From: Desulfatiglandales bacterium
GTDB lineage: Bacteria; Desulfobacterota; DSM-4660; Desulfatiglandales; HGW-15
Length of the DNA: 64,000 nt
Assembly: GCA_963667015.2 (NCBI GenBank)
Contig: CAXXJJ010000001.1
Location: 2,560,001-2,624,000 of the forward strand
Reading direction: 5' to 3'
Of the stretch, positions 8,593 through 16,908 are shown one piece after another. A model generated the notes under the pieces. The model saw only the letters and a list, made by a program, of their open reading frames with translations, made no database searches and was not told the DNA's origin. Made by a program: the position numbers and the translations under genes. Every line of letters starts with the position of its first letter. The first letter of the stretch is position 1.

Positions 8593-10065
8593 ATGAATTT
8601 TGATGTTTTACATAAATTGCAGTTAAAAGGAATAGGCCTGAAAGACATAACATGGCCAACGTTTGATCTTTCCAAGATAAAGTGGTCCAGGATGCCAAAG
8701 CTGAAAATTGGTGATTCTGTTGCTAAACTTCCCATTGTTCAGGGAGGAATGGGGGTTGGAATATCTCTTGCCGGGCTGGCTTCGGCGGTTGCTAATGAAG
8801 GCGGTATAGGCATAATTGCCGCAAATTCAATAGGAATGCTTGATCCTGACTATTATGCCAGTCATAAAGACGCAAATGCTATTGCCTTAAGAAGAGAAAT
8901 CAGAAAGGCAAAAGAAATGAGTTCGGGAATCATTGGCGTCAATATAATGGTAGCGGTGAACGATTTTCACGCACTTCTCAGGGTCGTAATCGAAGAAAAA
9001 GTCGATATTGTTTTTTTGGGAGCAGGGCTTCCCATAAAGGATATACCTGTTGAGGATCTCAGATCAGCAGGAGTAAAAGTGGTTCCTATTGTCAGTTCTG
9101 CCAGGGCGGCTCAGGTTATCTTCAAGTCCTGGTTAAAAAAATATAATGATATTCCTGATGCTGTTGTTATTGAAGGACCAAAAGCAGGAGGACATCTTGG
9201 ATTTAAGGAGGATCAGATTGATGATCCTGATTTTGCACTTGAGAATATTTTACCCGAACTTGTTTCAGTGGTAAAAGATTATGAGGCCAAGTCACATAAA
9301 TCTATTCCTGTAATCGCTGCCGGCGGTGTTTTTACCGGCACTGATATCCATAACCTTTTTAAGCTTGGGGCCAGCGGTGTCCAGATGGGAACAAGGTTTG
9401 TTGCGACACATGAATGTGATGCAGATATCAGATTCAAGGAGGCATATGTTTCATGCAGAGAAGAAGATATAGAAATTATTAAGAGCCCTGTGGGTATGCC
9501 GGGCCGGGCGATCAAAAGTAAATTTTTAGAGGAGCTGTCATCAGGGAAAAAGATTGAGCTTAAATGTGCCTGGAGATGCCTTAAAAGCTGTGACATCAAG
9601 ACCGCCCGCTACTGCATATCTCTGGCGCTTGATAATGCCAGAAGAGGGATTCTGGATAAAGGCTATGCCTTTGCAGGAAGCAATGCCTTCAGGATCGACA
9701 AAATTATCTCAGTAAAAGAATTGCTGCAGGAACTGCAAAAGCAATACCTGTGTGCTAAAGAAAAGGGTGCAAGCAGATTAAGAAACGAATATGAAAAAGC
9801 GGTTGAAAGACTTGGTTTGGTGAAAAATGAGTATTTAATCGCCTTGAAAAACGGGTTTTATTCTCTCAAAGAAGAATATACGATAAATATTGAGAAGGGG
9901 CTCGTAACATTCCATGAAGAGGTTGAAGCAGGCATGAGTAAAATCAGTTTGCTCAAGGCCGAATACACAAAGGCAATGGATAATGCCAATTTGTTAAAAG
10001 AGGAGCTGACAGATCTGTTTGAGCAATATTCGGTAGGCTTCATGCCTATTAAAGACATACCTTGA
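8593..10065 (+). CDS. Nitronate monooxygenase/FabK-like flavoprotein with C-terminal coiled-coil extension
   Basis: PIVQGGMGVG, EGPKAGGHLG, IAAGG, GVQMGTRF, SPVGMPGRA, CxxxCxxxC motif. Confidence 0.85.
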   Translation: MNFDVLHKLQLKGIGLKDITWPTFDLSKIKWSRMPKLKIGDSVAKLPIVQGGMGVGISLAGLASAVANEGGIGIIAANSIGMLDPDYYASHKDANAIALRREIRKAKEMSSGIIGVNIMVAVNDFHALLRVVIEEKVDIVFLGAGLPIKDIPVEDLRSAGVKVVPIVSSARAAQVIFKSWLKKYNDIPDAVVIEGPKAGGHLGFKEDQIDDPDFALENILPELVSVVKDYEAKSHKSIPVIAAGGVFTGTDIHNLFKLGASGVQMGTRFVATHECDADIRFKEAYVSCREEDIEIIKSPVGMPGRAIKSKFLEELSSGKKIELKCAWRCLKSCDIKTARYCISLALDNARRGILDKGYAFAGSNAFRIDKIISVKELLQELQKQYLCAKEKGASRLRNEYEKAVERLGLVKNEYLIALKNGFYSLKEEYTINIEKGLVTFHEEVEAGMSKISLLKAEYTKAMDNANLLKEELTDLFEQYSVGFMPIKDIP

Positions 10066-10227
10066 ACAGCCACGTAGGTTTGTCTTTATTACTGCTGATA
10101 ATTCAAATGCCACCATAGAGGTGAAAATCACATTTTGTATTTATAAACGCCCGGCCTCTTGAATCCTTGATTCCATGGCCCTGCTTTTTACCTTGACAAA
10201 ATTCCCTCTATTTCATAATTCCTTATT

Positions 10228-10406
10228 CTATTCGGGTGCTTTATTTAAGCCTAACAGGGAATCCCGTTAAAGTCGGGAACGGACCCGCCGCTGTAAACCC
10301 TTCTTTTTCGATTTTGAAAAAGGAACTGATTTAACATTCATGTGCCACTGTTGGAAAACGGGAAGGCCGTTAAACCAGGGGGGAAGTCAGAAGACCTGCC
10401 CGAACA
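10228..10406 (+). promoter_or_regulatory. Cobalamin riboswitch (class I type)
   Basis: 5' ~68 nt identical to the 4275 riboswitch; B12-box AGTCAGAAGACCTGCC; TTGACA at 10193 upstream; terminator-like stem plus T run at ~10468-10502. Confidence 0.93.
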
Positions 10407-10536
10407 ATATGTGTCTCCTTCGTGGAAAAAGGCAGACCGCCGGATCTTGCGGATAAAAAAGGGTAATCCCCGGATCGAAATTATTTCGGTCCGGGTTTTT
10501 TTATGCTTAATGAGCTTGTTGGAAGATATTTATACG

Positions 10537-11422
10537 ATGAAATACCGTGTTCTCTTAATCTGTTTTTTAGTTTTCTTTTTTTTGTACCTGCCACAGGAGC
10601 TGAAGAATCATCGGGGAAAAGGATGATTTTTTATGGATTGAGTATGGTGACGGCACAAAAGAAAAAGATGGCAGTCTTATACTTGAATTAAAGGTTCATC
10701 ACGGCAGGTTTTCTGATAAACGAAATATTAATATAAACCTGGATAACATGAAGGCTTTCTATACTGTTTATGAAAATCGATATGGAAATGAGAGCGATAC
10801 TCTATATCACGCATACATAGATGAAGATGTGCATGGCTATTCAATAAAAATAGAATCTTCAAAACAGGCCCGGTTTGTACTGATAGTTACTGCTGAAAAA
10901 ATAAAAGAAGGGATTTCCACACATTACCTGGCCAAGGCATCCTTTACACTTTTTGGGAAATCAATGTCAGACGGGTCTGAAAGAGTGCCTCTTTCTTATG
11001 AATCAATTGACAGGTCTCTTGAAATACATATCGATCCAGAGCACAATTACTGGCCGCAGACAGGCAGCCCGGTAAAAGTTTTTCCTTTGTTTAACGGTAA
11101 GATGCTTCCTGAAAAGAGTCTTTCAGTCTTTGATGAACATGCTTCACCTTTAGAGTTAAATACCGATAATACCGGAAACCTGGTCTATGTTCCGCCTGAG
11201 GACAGGATTCTCAACAGTATGGGGGAAACAGCATCCAAGCAGACAGTACTTGTAAGCAGCATGTCTGATAACGGGATAAAATATATCTCATCATACACTC
11301 TGCTGCTGCACAGGTCCCGGTTCGGAAAAAATAAACATACCCCCGGTCTGATTGTTTTTGGGAGTGCATTCATGCTTTTTCTGGTTTACACGATTGTAGT
11401 AAGAATGAGGTCAAGGATTTGA
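10537..11422 (+). CDS. DUF4198-like exported protein with C-terminal membrane anchor; 5' end frameshifted
   Basis: Signal-like MKYRVLLICFLVFFF from ATG 10537; the frame of ORF 10748..11422 is open back to 10604; LEI..G..V...FNGK..TD..G pattern; C-terminal TM helix. Confidence 0.55.
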
Positions 11423-12363
11423 AAATATTTAAACTGCGTTTCCGGATTCAGCTTATCACCTTTGTAATATTGACTTACGGAGGTAGAATAGGACTGAATT
11501 TCAGCCATGCATTGCCATGTTTTGCATGTCCTTATGTCAGCGGGTGTGCAGGCCATTGTTACCTGATGGCCCTTCAGGGCTCTTTCTGGGGCTTTCAGAT
11601 CCAATTAACCCAGATATTCAGTGTATGGGGTATACGCGCCCTTGGCATGCTTGTACTGTTCATTGTTTTATCACTGCTGCTCTCCAAGACATGGTGCGGG
11701 TGGATATGCCCTTTTGGCACATTGCAGGACTGGATAACTTCCCTGAGAAAAAAAATGGGGATAAGAGAATCCAGATTTTCATATAGATTCCGGGACAGAC
11801 TTAAACCCGTAAAATATATTCTTCTTGTACTCCTGATTGTAATACCTGTGCTGATAGAAAATGCCGGGATGCATTCAGACTACAGGCTTCCATTCTGCCA
11901 GATATGCCCTGCAAAGCCGATAATGCCTCTGTTTGAAGGCAACTTTCAGTATTTCTCAGTTGATACCACCAATACAATTACAATAGCTATGACAATGGTC
12001 TCTCTTATTCTGGCAGCCTTTTTTCTTGTCGGGATGTTTTTCAAGGATCGTTTTTTTTGTATCTTCTGCCCCATGCTCGCCCTCTTGAGCCTTATTGAAA
12101 AAGCAGGCTTTTTAAAACTGAAAAAGAATGTGGACGGCTGTATCGGGTGCGGAAGCTGCCAGCGTGTATGCACAATGGATATAAGGGCTGTACATATGGA
12201 AAGAATAAAAAGTGATGTCCAGACACAGGACTGTATGCTGTGCATGAAGTGTGCGGAATCATGTTCACAGGATAATGTGCTTTATATAACATTCCTTGGG
12301 AAGAGGCTATTTTCTTCCTCAAGGAATTATGTATCAGGAATATTTTCTAAGATAAAAAGGTGA
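11419..12363 (+). CDS. Membrane 4Fe-4S binding protein (NapH/MauN-like)
   Basis: WCGWICPFG, FCQICP, FCIFCP and two C-terminal CxxCxxCxxxC motifs; multiple TM helices. Confidence 0.88.
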   Translation: MKIFKLRFRIQLITFVILTYGGRIGLNFSHALPCFACPYVSGCAGHCYLMALQGSFWGFQIQLTQIFSVWGIRALGMLVLFIVLSLLLSKTWCGWICPFGTLQDWITSLRKKMGIRESRFSYRFRDRLKPVKYILLVLLIVIPVLIENAGMHSDYRLPFCQICPAKPIMPLFEGNFQYFSVDTTNTITIAMTMVSLILAAFFLVGMFFKDRFFCIFCPMLALLSLIEKAGFLKLKKNVDGCIGCGSCQRVCTMDIRAVHMERIKSDVQTQDCMLCMKCAESCSQDNVLYITFLGKRLFSSSRNYVSGIFSKIKR

Positions 12364-13598
12364 AACAGACAGATATGAATGCACCTGATGAAAAACAGGC
12401 AAGACTGATAAACAGGATAGAAAAGGGACTGGGGCAGGAGTTTGAGGCTCAACTCAATATTTTGAAGGAACGTGCGGATTACTCTCCTGAACTGGATTAT
12501 TTCCTGGATATTCTTTGTATGCAGATAAATGGCCCGGAGAGCATGAAGCACTATGGAAGACCTGCAATTGGACTCTATTGTATCCAGGTCCCTCTCGAAC
12601 TCATAGATGCTATGGGCTTTCAGCCTGTAAGGCTTATAAATGGGTCACTGGTTATGCATAAGCTTTCTTCAGGGCTTCTTCCTGTCCTTGCATGCCCCTT
12701 TATTAAATCATGTGTCGGTTCATTTTACAGGGGAGATTCTATAGAAAGGGCATGTGACACAATTGTTATGCCCACCACATGTGACTGGAACGTAAAAATG
12801 GATCAGGCGCTTCCAGATACTATACCGGCCTTTTACAGTATGGAGCTTCCTCATGTTAAGGAAAGTGAAAAAGGCAGAAAAAGGTGGTTTGAAGAACTGA
12901 TTGATTTTAAAGAATTTCTGGAAAAGAGGGCAGGGCACGGACTTAAGAAAAAAGACCTGCTGCAATCTATAGATAAATACAACAGGGCATGGGCTGTATT
13001 CAACAGGTTAAAGGACATGAGAAGTGAAGGGCGTTTATCAGGCACATGGTTTATTATTATTGCAAATGCCTTCCTGGTGGACAGGGTTGAATCCTGGACA
13101 GAGCATGCTGAGCAGGTTGTCGAAGGATATAAGTACAGGGAGCATAACATGCCTGATATTTTTCTGGCAGGTGCACCTGTTTTTTATCCATATTTAAAGA
13201 TACCTGAGCTGATAGAAGAGGCAGGCATGAATATTTCGGGTGATGAACTATGTACATCCGAGAGGATTACTAACTGTGTTGTCTACGATGATACCTCCAG
13301 GTTCGGGTTGCTTGATGCTCTTGCGGACAGATATCATCTCGCATGCAGCTGCCCCACATATTCTGACAATGATCGGCGTTTGAGCAGTATTTTAAATACA
13401 ATGCAGAATAATGGCATCAGGGGAATGGTTTATCATATGCTGAAGGGATGCCATCCCTATGACATGGAGAGTTTTTATTTTGAAAGAACAGTTAAAGAAA
13501 AGGGTATCAGGTTTTTAAAAATAGAGACCGATTTTTCAAGGGAAGACAGACAGAATATTTTGACAAGGCTGGAGGCCTTTAGAGAAACACTTGTTTAA
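12360..13598 (+). CDS. 2-hydroxyacyl-CoA dehydratase family protein, probable double-cubane-cluster reductase
   Basis: GLYC..VPxEL, CPFIKS, PTTCD, ELCTS, CSCP, KGCHPY, ETDF..TRLEAF. Confidence 0.8.
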   Translation: MKQTDMNAPDEKQARLINRIEKGLGQEFEAQLNILKERADYSPELDYFLDILCMQINGPESMKHYGRPAIGLYCIQVPLELIDAMGFQPVRLINGSLVMHKLSSGLLPVLACPFIKSCVGSFYRGDSIERACDTIVMPTTCDWNVKMDQALPDTIPAFYSMELPHVKESEKGRKRWFEELIDFKEFLEKRAGHGLKKKDLLQSIDKYNRAWAVFNRLKDMRSEGRLSGTWFIIIANAFLVDRVESWTEHAEQVVEGYKYREHNMPDIFLAGAPVFYPYLKIPELIEEAGMNISGDELCTSERITNCVVYDDTSRFGLLDALADRYHLACSCPTYSDNDRRLSSILNTMQNNGIRGMVYHMLKGCHPYDMESFYFERTVKEKGIRFLKIETDFSREDRQNILTRLEAFRETLV

Positions 13599-13620
13599 AT
13601 TTAATTGCGGTTCGTTAACA

Positions 13621-13644
13621 GTAGGGGAACGGCGTGCCGTGCCC
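13621..13644 (+). repeat. REP-like palindrome
   Basis: GTAG tetranucleotide followed by imperfect palindrome GGGAACGGCGTGCCGTGCCC in an intergenic gap. Confidence 0.5.
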
Positions 13645-13663
13645 GCTTTGAAAGGAGTTTGAT

Positions 13664-14428
13664 TTGATAAAAGTAGGACTGGACCTGGGATCTGCGGCAA
13701 TCAAGATGGTATTTACTGACGGAAAAGATATTTTATGGGCAAAGGCTTTGCCAACAGTTCCTAAACCTACAACAGTATGTGACAGGCTGATCAACGAGGG
13801 TATTGAGGCCCTTTCCATATCAAGAGACGATATATCCGGCATTGCAACTACCGGCTATGGAAGAAAGCTATATTCCGGTTTTGATAAGGAGGTAAATGAA
13901 ATATCCGCAAATGCAGCAGGAGCCCATATATTGAGCGGCAAAAAGGCAAGATCAATAATAAATATAGGCGGTCAGGATGTTAAGGTAATAAAGTTATCTT
14001 CCGAAGGAAAAGTAGAAGATTTTAAGATGAATGACAAGTGTGCTGCCGGAACCGGACGTTTTTTTGAGGTGGCGGGAAGGATACTTGATACTCCTGTGAA
14101 TGAATTTGACAGCCTTGCATCACAGAGCAATGACCCTGCTACCCTTAACAGCACCTGTGCTGTTTTCGCTGAAAGCGAGATAATCTCGCTTCTGGCAATG
14201 GATAAAAACAGGGAAGATATTATCGCAGGTCTTCACAGGTCCCTTGCAGGCAGGATATCAGATCTTATCGGAAGCATGGATATCGAAGACGATATCTATC
14301 TTGACGGAGGGCCCGGTACAAACAGAGGCCTGCTTGAAGCGCTGGAAGATGCCCTGATGAGGGATATCAATGTATTTGAAAGGCCGCAGTTTACAGTGGC
14401 ATTTGGTGCGGCTAATATGGTTGATTAA
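13664..14428 (+). CDS. CoA-substrate-specific enzyme activase (HgdC/BadF-type ATP-dependent reductive activator)
   Basis: GLDLGS, TTGYGR, NIGGQDVK, MNDKCAAGTGRF, STCAVFAESE. Confidence 0.92.
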   Translation: MIKVGLDLGSAAIKMVFTDGKDILWAKALPTVPKPTTVCDRLINEGIEALSISRDDISGIATTGYGRKLYSGFDKEVNEISANAAGAHILSGKKARSIINIGGQDVKVIKLSSEGKVEDFKMNDKCAAGTGRFFEVAGRILDTPVNEFDSLASQSNDPATLNSTCAVFAESEIISLLAMDKNREDIIAGLHRSLAGRISDLIGSMDIEDDIYLDGGPGTNRGLLEALEDALMRDINVFERPQFTVAFGAANMVD

Positions 14429-16068
14429 TTCGAAAGCAAAAGCTCAAAATCTACATCATTATAAAAACTTTTTTTACGGGTTTTTGATGTGTCCAGTTTA
14501 AACTCTGCAACACCGGCATGATCAAGATCTGCCTTGTCCCATCCCATATGCATATCCTGAACCCCTGTGATCTGAGCACCTGTATTTGAGCATACCGCGA
14601 CAGCAGAACCTGCAAGCGCCTTTACCCTGCTTAACAGGAACTGACCTTCGGTTATATCTATTTCCGATACTACTATAAGGTCAGTACCGAGCTTTGAAAG
14701 AGAAACTGCAAGCTCCGGATGCTCAATTGCCTTTGCCGGAACCATGGCAATGGCGGCAGGTCCAAAGTGAAGAATGTTGTAAGGGAATTCGATCTCGATG
14801 GATTTTGATTCCTTACCCCTGTAAAAGTTTTGTATGCCTTCAGGAGTAATCAGCAACTGCTGGAGAATCTCATCTGCGCTCTTAATGGCAACAGCGATAC
14901 CTGTTTTATATTTTATGGAAATCTCGGAAAGTTTATTTTTATCAACTATACTTTCGTCTGTTTGAGGAAGTATCCATAGTGAAGGAGTACTATCTTTATG
15001 TTTTTCAATGTTTGATACGAGTTCATCAATGTCAGGGTGTCCTGTTTCGGGAACATAGCCGTATACATGTAATATGCCTGTTTCCGGCAGATTGTAATAG
15101 GCTGTGAGATTTTCCAGCCATGGCCTCAGGTAAACATTTCTGTATTGGTTAATATTTCTCTGTGCCATTTTATTATTGCGTTTGATTCCTGCAAAACGAC
15201 CCTGCTCATTAAGTGGAATGTCTGCATAAAATATACGTGATGTTTCTGATGCCCCTTTAAGTATGACCTTTCCATCCGGATTGAAAACACCTGATATAGT
15301 TTTAGTACAGTCCATTCTAAGGTCTTTGCCTGTCCTGTTGCAGGCAGCAATATAAAAGCCGTTCTCAAGCGCCCTGGCCCGCCATATGGGAACAGGATTA
15401 AGCCCACCCGTCTCAGGCCAGTTGGCAGGAACCCATAGAAGATCCACTTCCTTTAATGCCATTGTCCTGATAAGCAGACCGCTGTATGAATCCGCACAGA
15501 TGGCAGAACCTATGCGTCCCCAGGGGGTATCTGCAAAATTATCCTGATATGGGCTTCCCGTGTTTGCCCATTTTTTTTCCGCAGTAATTATTTTCCTGTA
15601 TTTAGATACAGCCTTTCCTTTGGGTCCGATAATAAAGGCCGAGTTGTAAAAAATCTCTGTTGATGGATCACGTTCGGCCAGGGCTATGCCTATATAGACG
15701 CCCTTTTCAAGGGCAAGTTTTCCCATGGCAGTGATTGTTTTGCCATGATCTGTCTCTGTATAGTCTGATATATCTTCCCGTGAGTCAAATGAATATCCTG
15801 ATACAGCCATTTCAGTATTCAGGATAATGGATGCACCTTCTTCTGCTGCACGACGGTTTAATTTTAGAAGTTCTTCAAGGTTCTTTTCAGGCTGTTTATG
15901 TTTTACTGCAAAATGCACCAGTGCAATTTTTACCGATGAATCCTTCGTGGGTGATTCTGCACTGTAGATATTAAAAGAGAAAAATGACCAGAGCAGGATA
16001 AGGAAAAAGCAATAGTTAATAAAACTGCATTTTTTATGAAAATATAATAAATAAGTCATAATATTCAA
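14425..16068 (-). CDS. Carbon-nitrogen hydrolase (nitrilase superfamily), exported, with divergent C-terminal domain
   Basis: E-K-C triad context NTEMAVSGY, YRKI, ICADSY; WRARALEN; N-terminal hydrophobic signal. Confidence 0.82.
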   Translation of the reverse strand: MNIMTYLLYFHKKCSFINYCFFLILLWSFFSFNIYSAESPTKDSSVKIALVHFAVKHKQPEKNLEELLKLNRRAAEEGASIILNTEMAVSGYSFDSREDISDYTETDHGKTITAMGKLALEKGVYIGIALAERDPSTEIFYNSAFIIGPKGKAVSKYRKIITAEKKWANTGSPYQDNFADTPWGRIGSAICADSYSGLLIRTMALKEVDLLWVPANWPETGGLNPVPIWRARALENGFYIAACNRTGKDLRMDCTKTISGVFNPDGKVILKGASETSRIFYADIPLNEQGRFAGIKRNNKMAQRNINQYRNVYLRPWLENLTAYYNLPETGILHVYGYVPETGHPDIDELVSNIEKHKDSTPSLWILPQTDESIVDKNKLSEISIKYKTGIAVAIKSADEILQQLLITPEGIQNFYRGKESKSIEIEFPYNILHFGPAAIAMVPAKAIEHPELAVSLSKLGTDLIVVSEIDITEGQFLLSRVKALAGSAVAVCSNTGAQITGVQDMHMGWDKADLDHAGVAEFKLDTSKTRKKSFYNDVDFELLLSN

Positions 16069-16093
16069 TTTCAGTACTCCTTTGAAAAAACTG

Positions 16094-16267
16094 CTAATTC
16101 AATCCGGATATTTTTAAATAGTCGGGATCAATACCCTCGGCAAGTAGAATGCCTGATGCGTTTCTTTTCATCCAATTTTTATAAGACCTGATAAAACTCG
16201 GATTATGGAATACCATGACTTCATCTAAACAATCCAACTCCTGTTGAACACGCCAGTATAGAAACAT
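16094..16267 (-). CDS. 57-aa small protein (MFLYWRVQQELDCLDEV...)
   Basis: Manual translation; RBS AAGGAG at ~16273-16278; fills the gap between cobO and the CN hydrolase; below the ORF-track length cutoff. Confidence 0.5.
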   Translation of the reverse strand: MFLYWRVQQELDCLDEVMVFHNPSFIRSYKNWMKRNASGILLAEGIDPDYLKISGLN

Positions 16268-16282
16268 ATAATCTCCTTAATA

Positions 16283-16804
16283 TTAGAATTCGATCCCTTT
16301 CTGGCCTATTATGCCTTCCTGATAGGGATGCTTAACAACACGCATTTCAGTTACAAGATCAGCTGTATCCATTAACATTTTTGGCGCTCCTCTTCCTGTA
16401 ATAGCTATGTGTAAATCGGACGGCTTATTAGTCAATGTGTCGATTACAGACTCAAGATCAAGAATATTATAGTTCAGAAGATAGGTGAATTCATCAAGTA
16501 CAATCATATGATAATTTCCACTATCCATCATTTTTCTGGCAAAATCCCATGCCTTCCTGGCGAGTTCTTTATCCTTTTCCAGGTTCTCGGATTTCCAGGT
16601 GAAACCGTTTCCCATAACATGAAAATCTATTGTATCCTGATATTTTTTAATAGATTCCATCTCTCCATATTTCCATGAACCCTTGATAAATTGTATAAAA
16701 CATACCTTCTGATTATGGCCGGCATTGCGTAAAGCCATACCCAGGGCGGATGTTGTCTTTCCCTTACCGTCTCCGGTAAACACCATTAGTAATCCTTTTT
16801 TCAT
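16283..16804 (-). CDS. cobO: Cob(I)yrinic acid a,c-diamide adenosyltransferase (CobO/BtuR/CobA)
   Basis: TGDGKGKTTSALG, QFIKG, GFTW, VLDE, ITGR, ADLVTEM..KHPY..G..GIEF. Confidence 0.95.
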   Translation of the reverse strand: MKKGLLMVFTGDGKGKTTSALGMALRNAGHNQKVCFIQFIKGSWKYGEMESIKKYQDTIDFHVMGNGFTWKSENLEKDKELARKAWDFARKMMDSGNYHMIVLDEFTYLLNYNILDLESVIDTLTNKPSDLHIAITGRGAPKMLMDTADLVTEMRVVKHPYQEGIIGQKGIEF

Positions 16805-16857
16805 TTTAAACCTGTTTTTTGTTTCAGTATTTTTCTATGATCTGGAAATATTTGAAG

Positions 16858-16892
16858 ACTGTTGTTGACTCATATAGGGAGTCAACAACAGT
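16858..16892. terminator. 14-bp perfect hairpin after TonB receptor gene
   Basis: ACTGTTGTTGACTC / GAGTCAACAACAGT with a 7-nt loop. Confidence 0.6.
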
Positions 16893-16908
16893 TTATTCTG
16901 CAATACGC

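Noticed and set aside
12360..14428. Canonical amino-acid fermentation 2-hydroxyacyl-CoA dehydratase pathway
   Set aside because: Only one dehydratase-family subunit per locus and no CoA-transferase or dehydrogenase nearby
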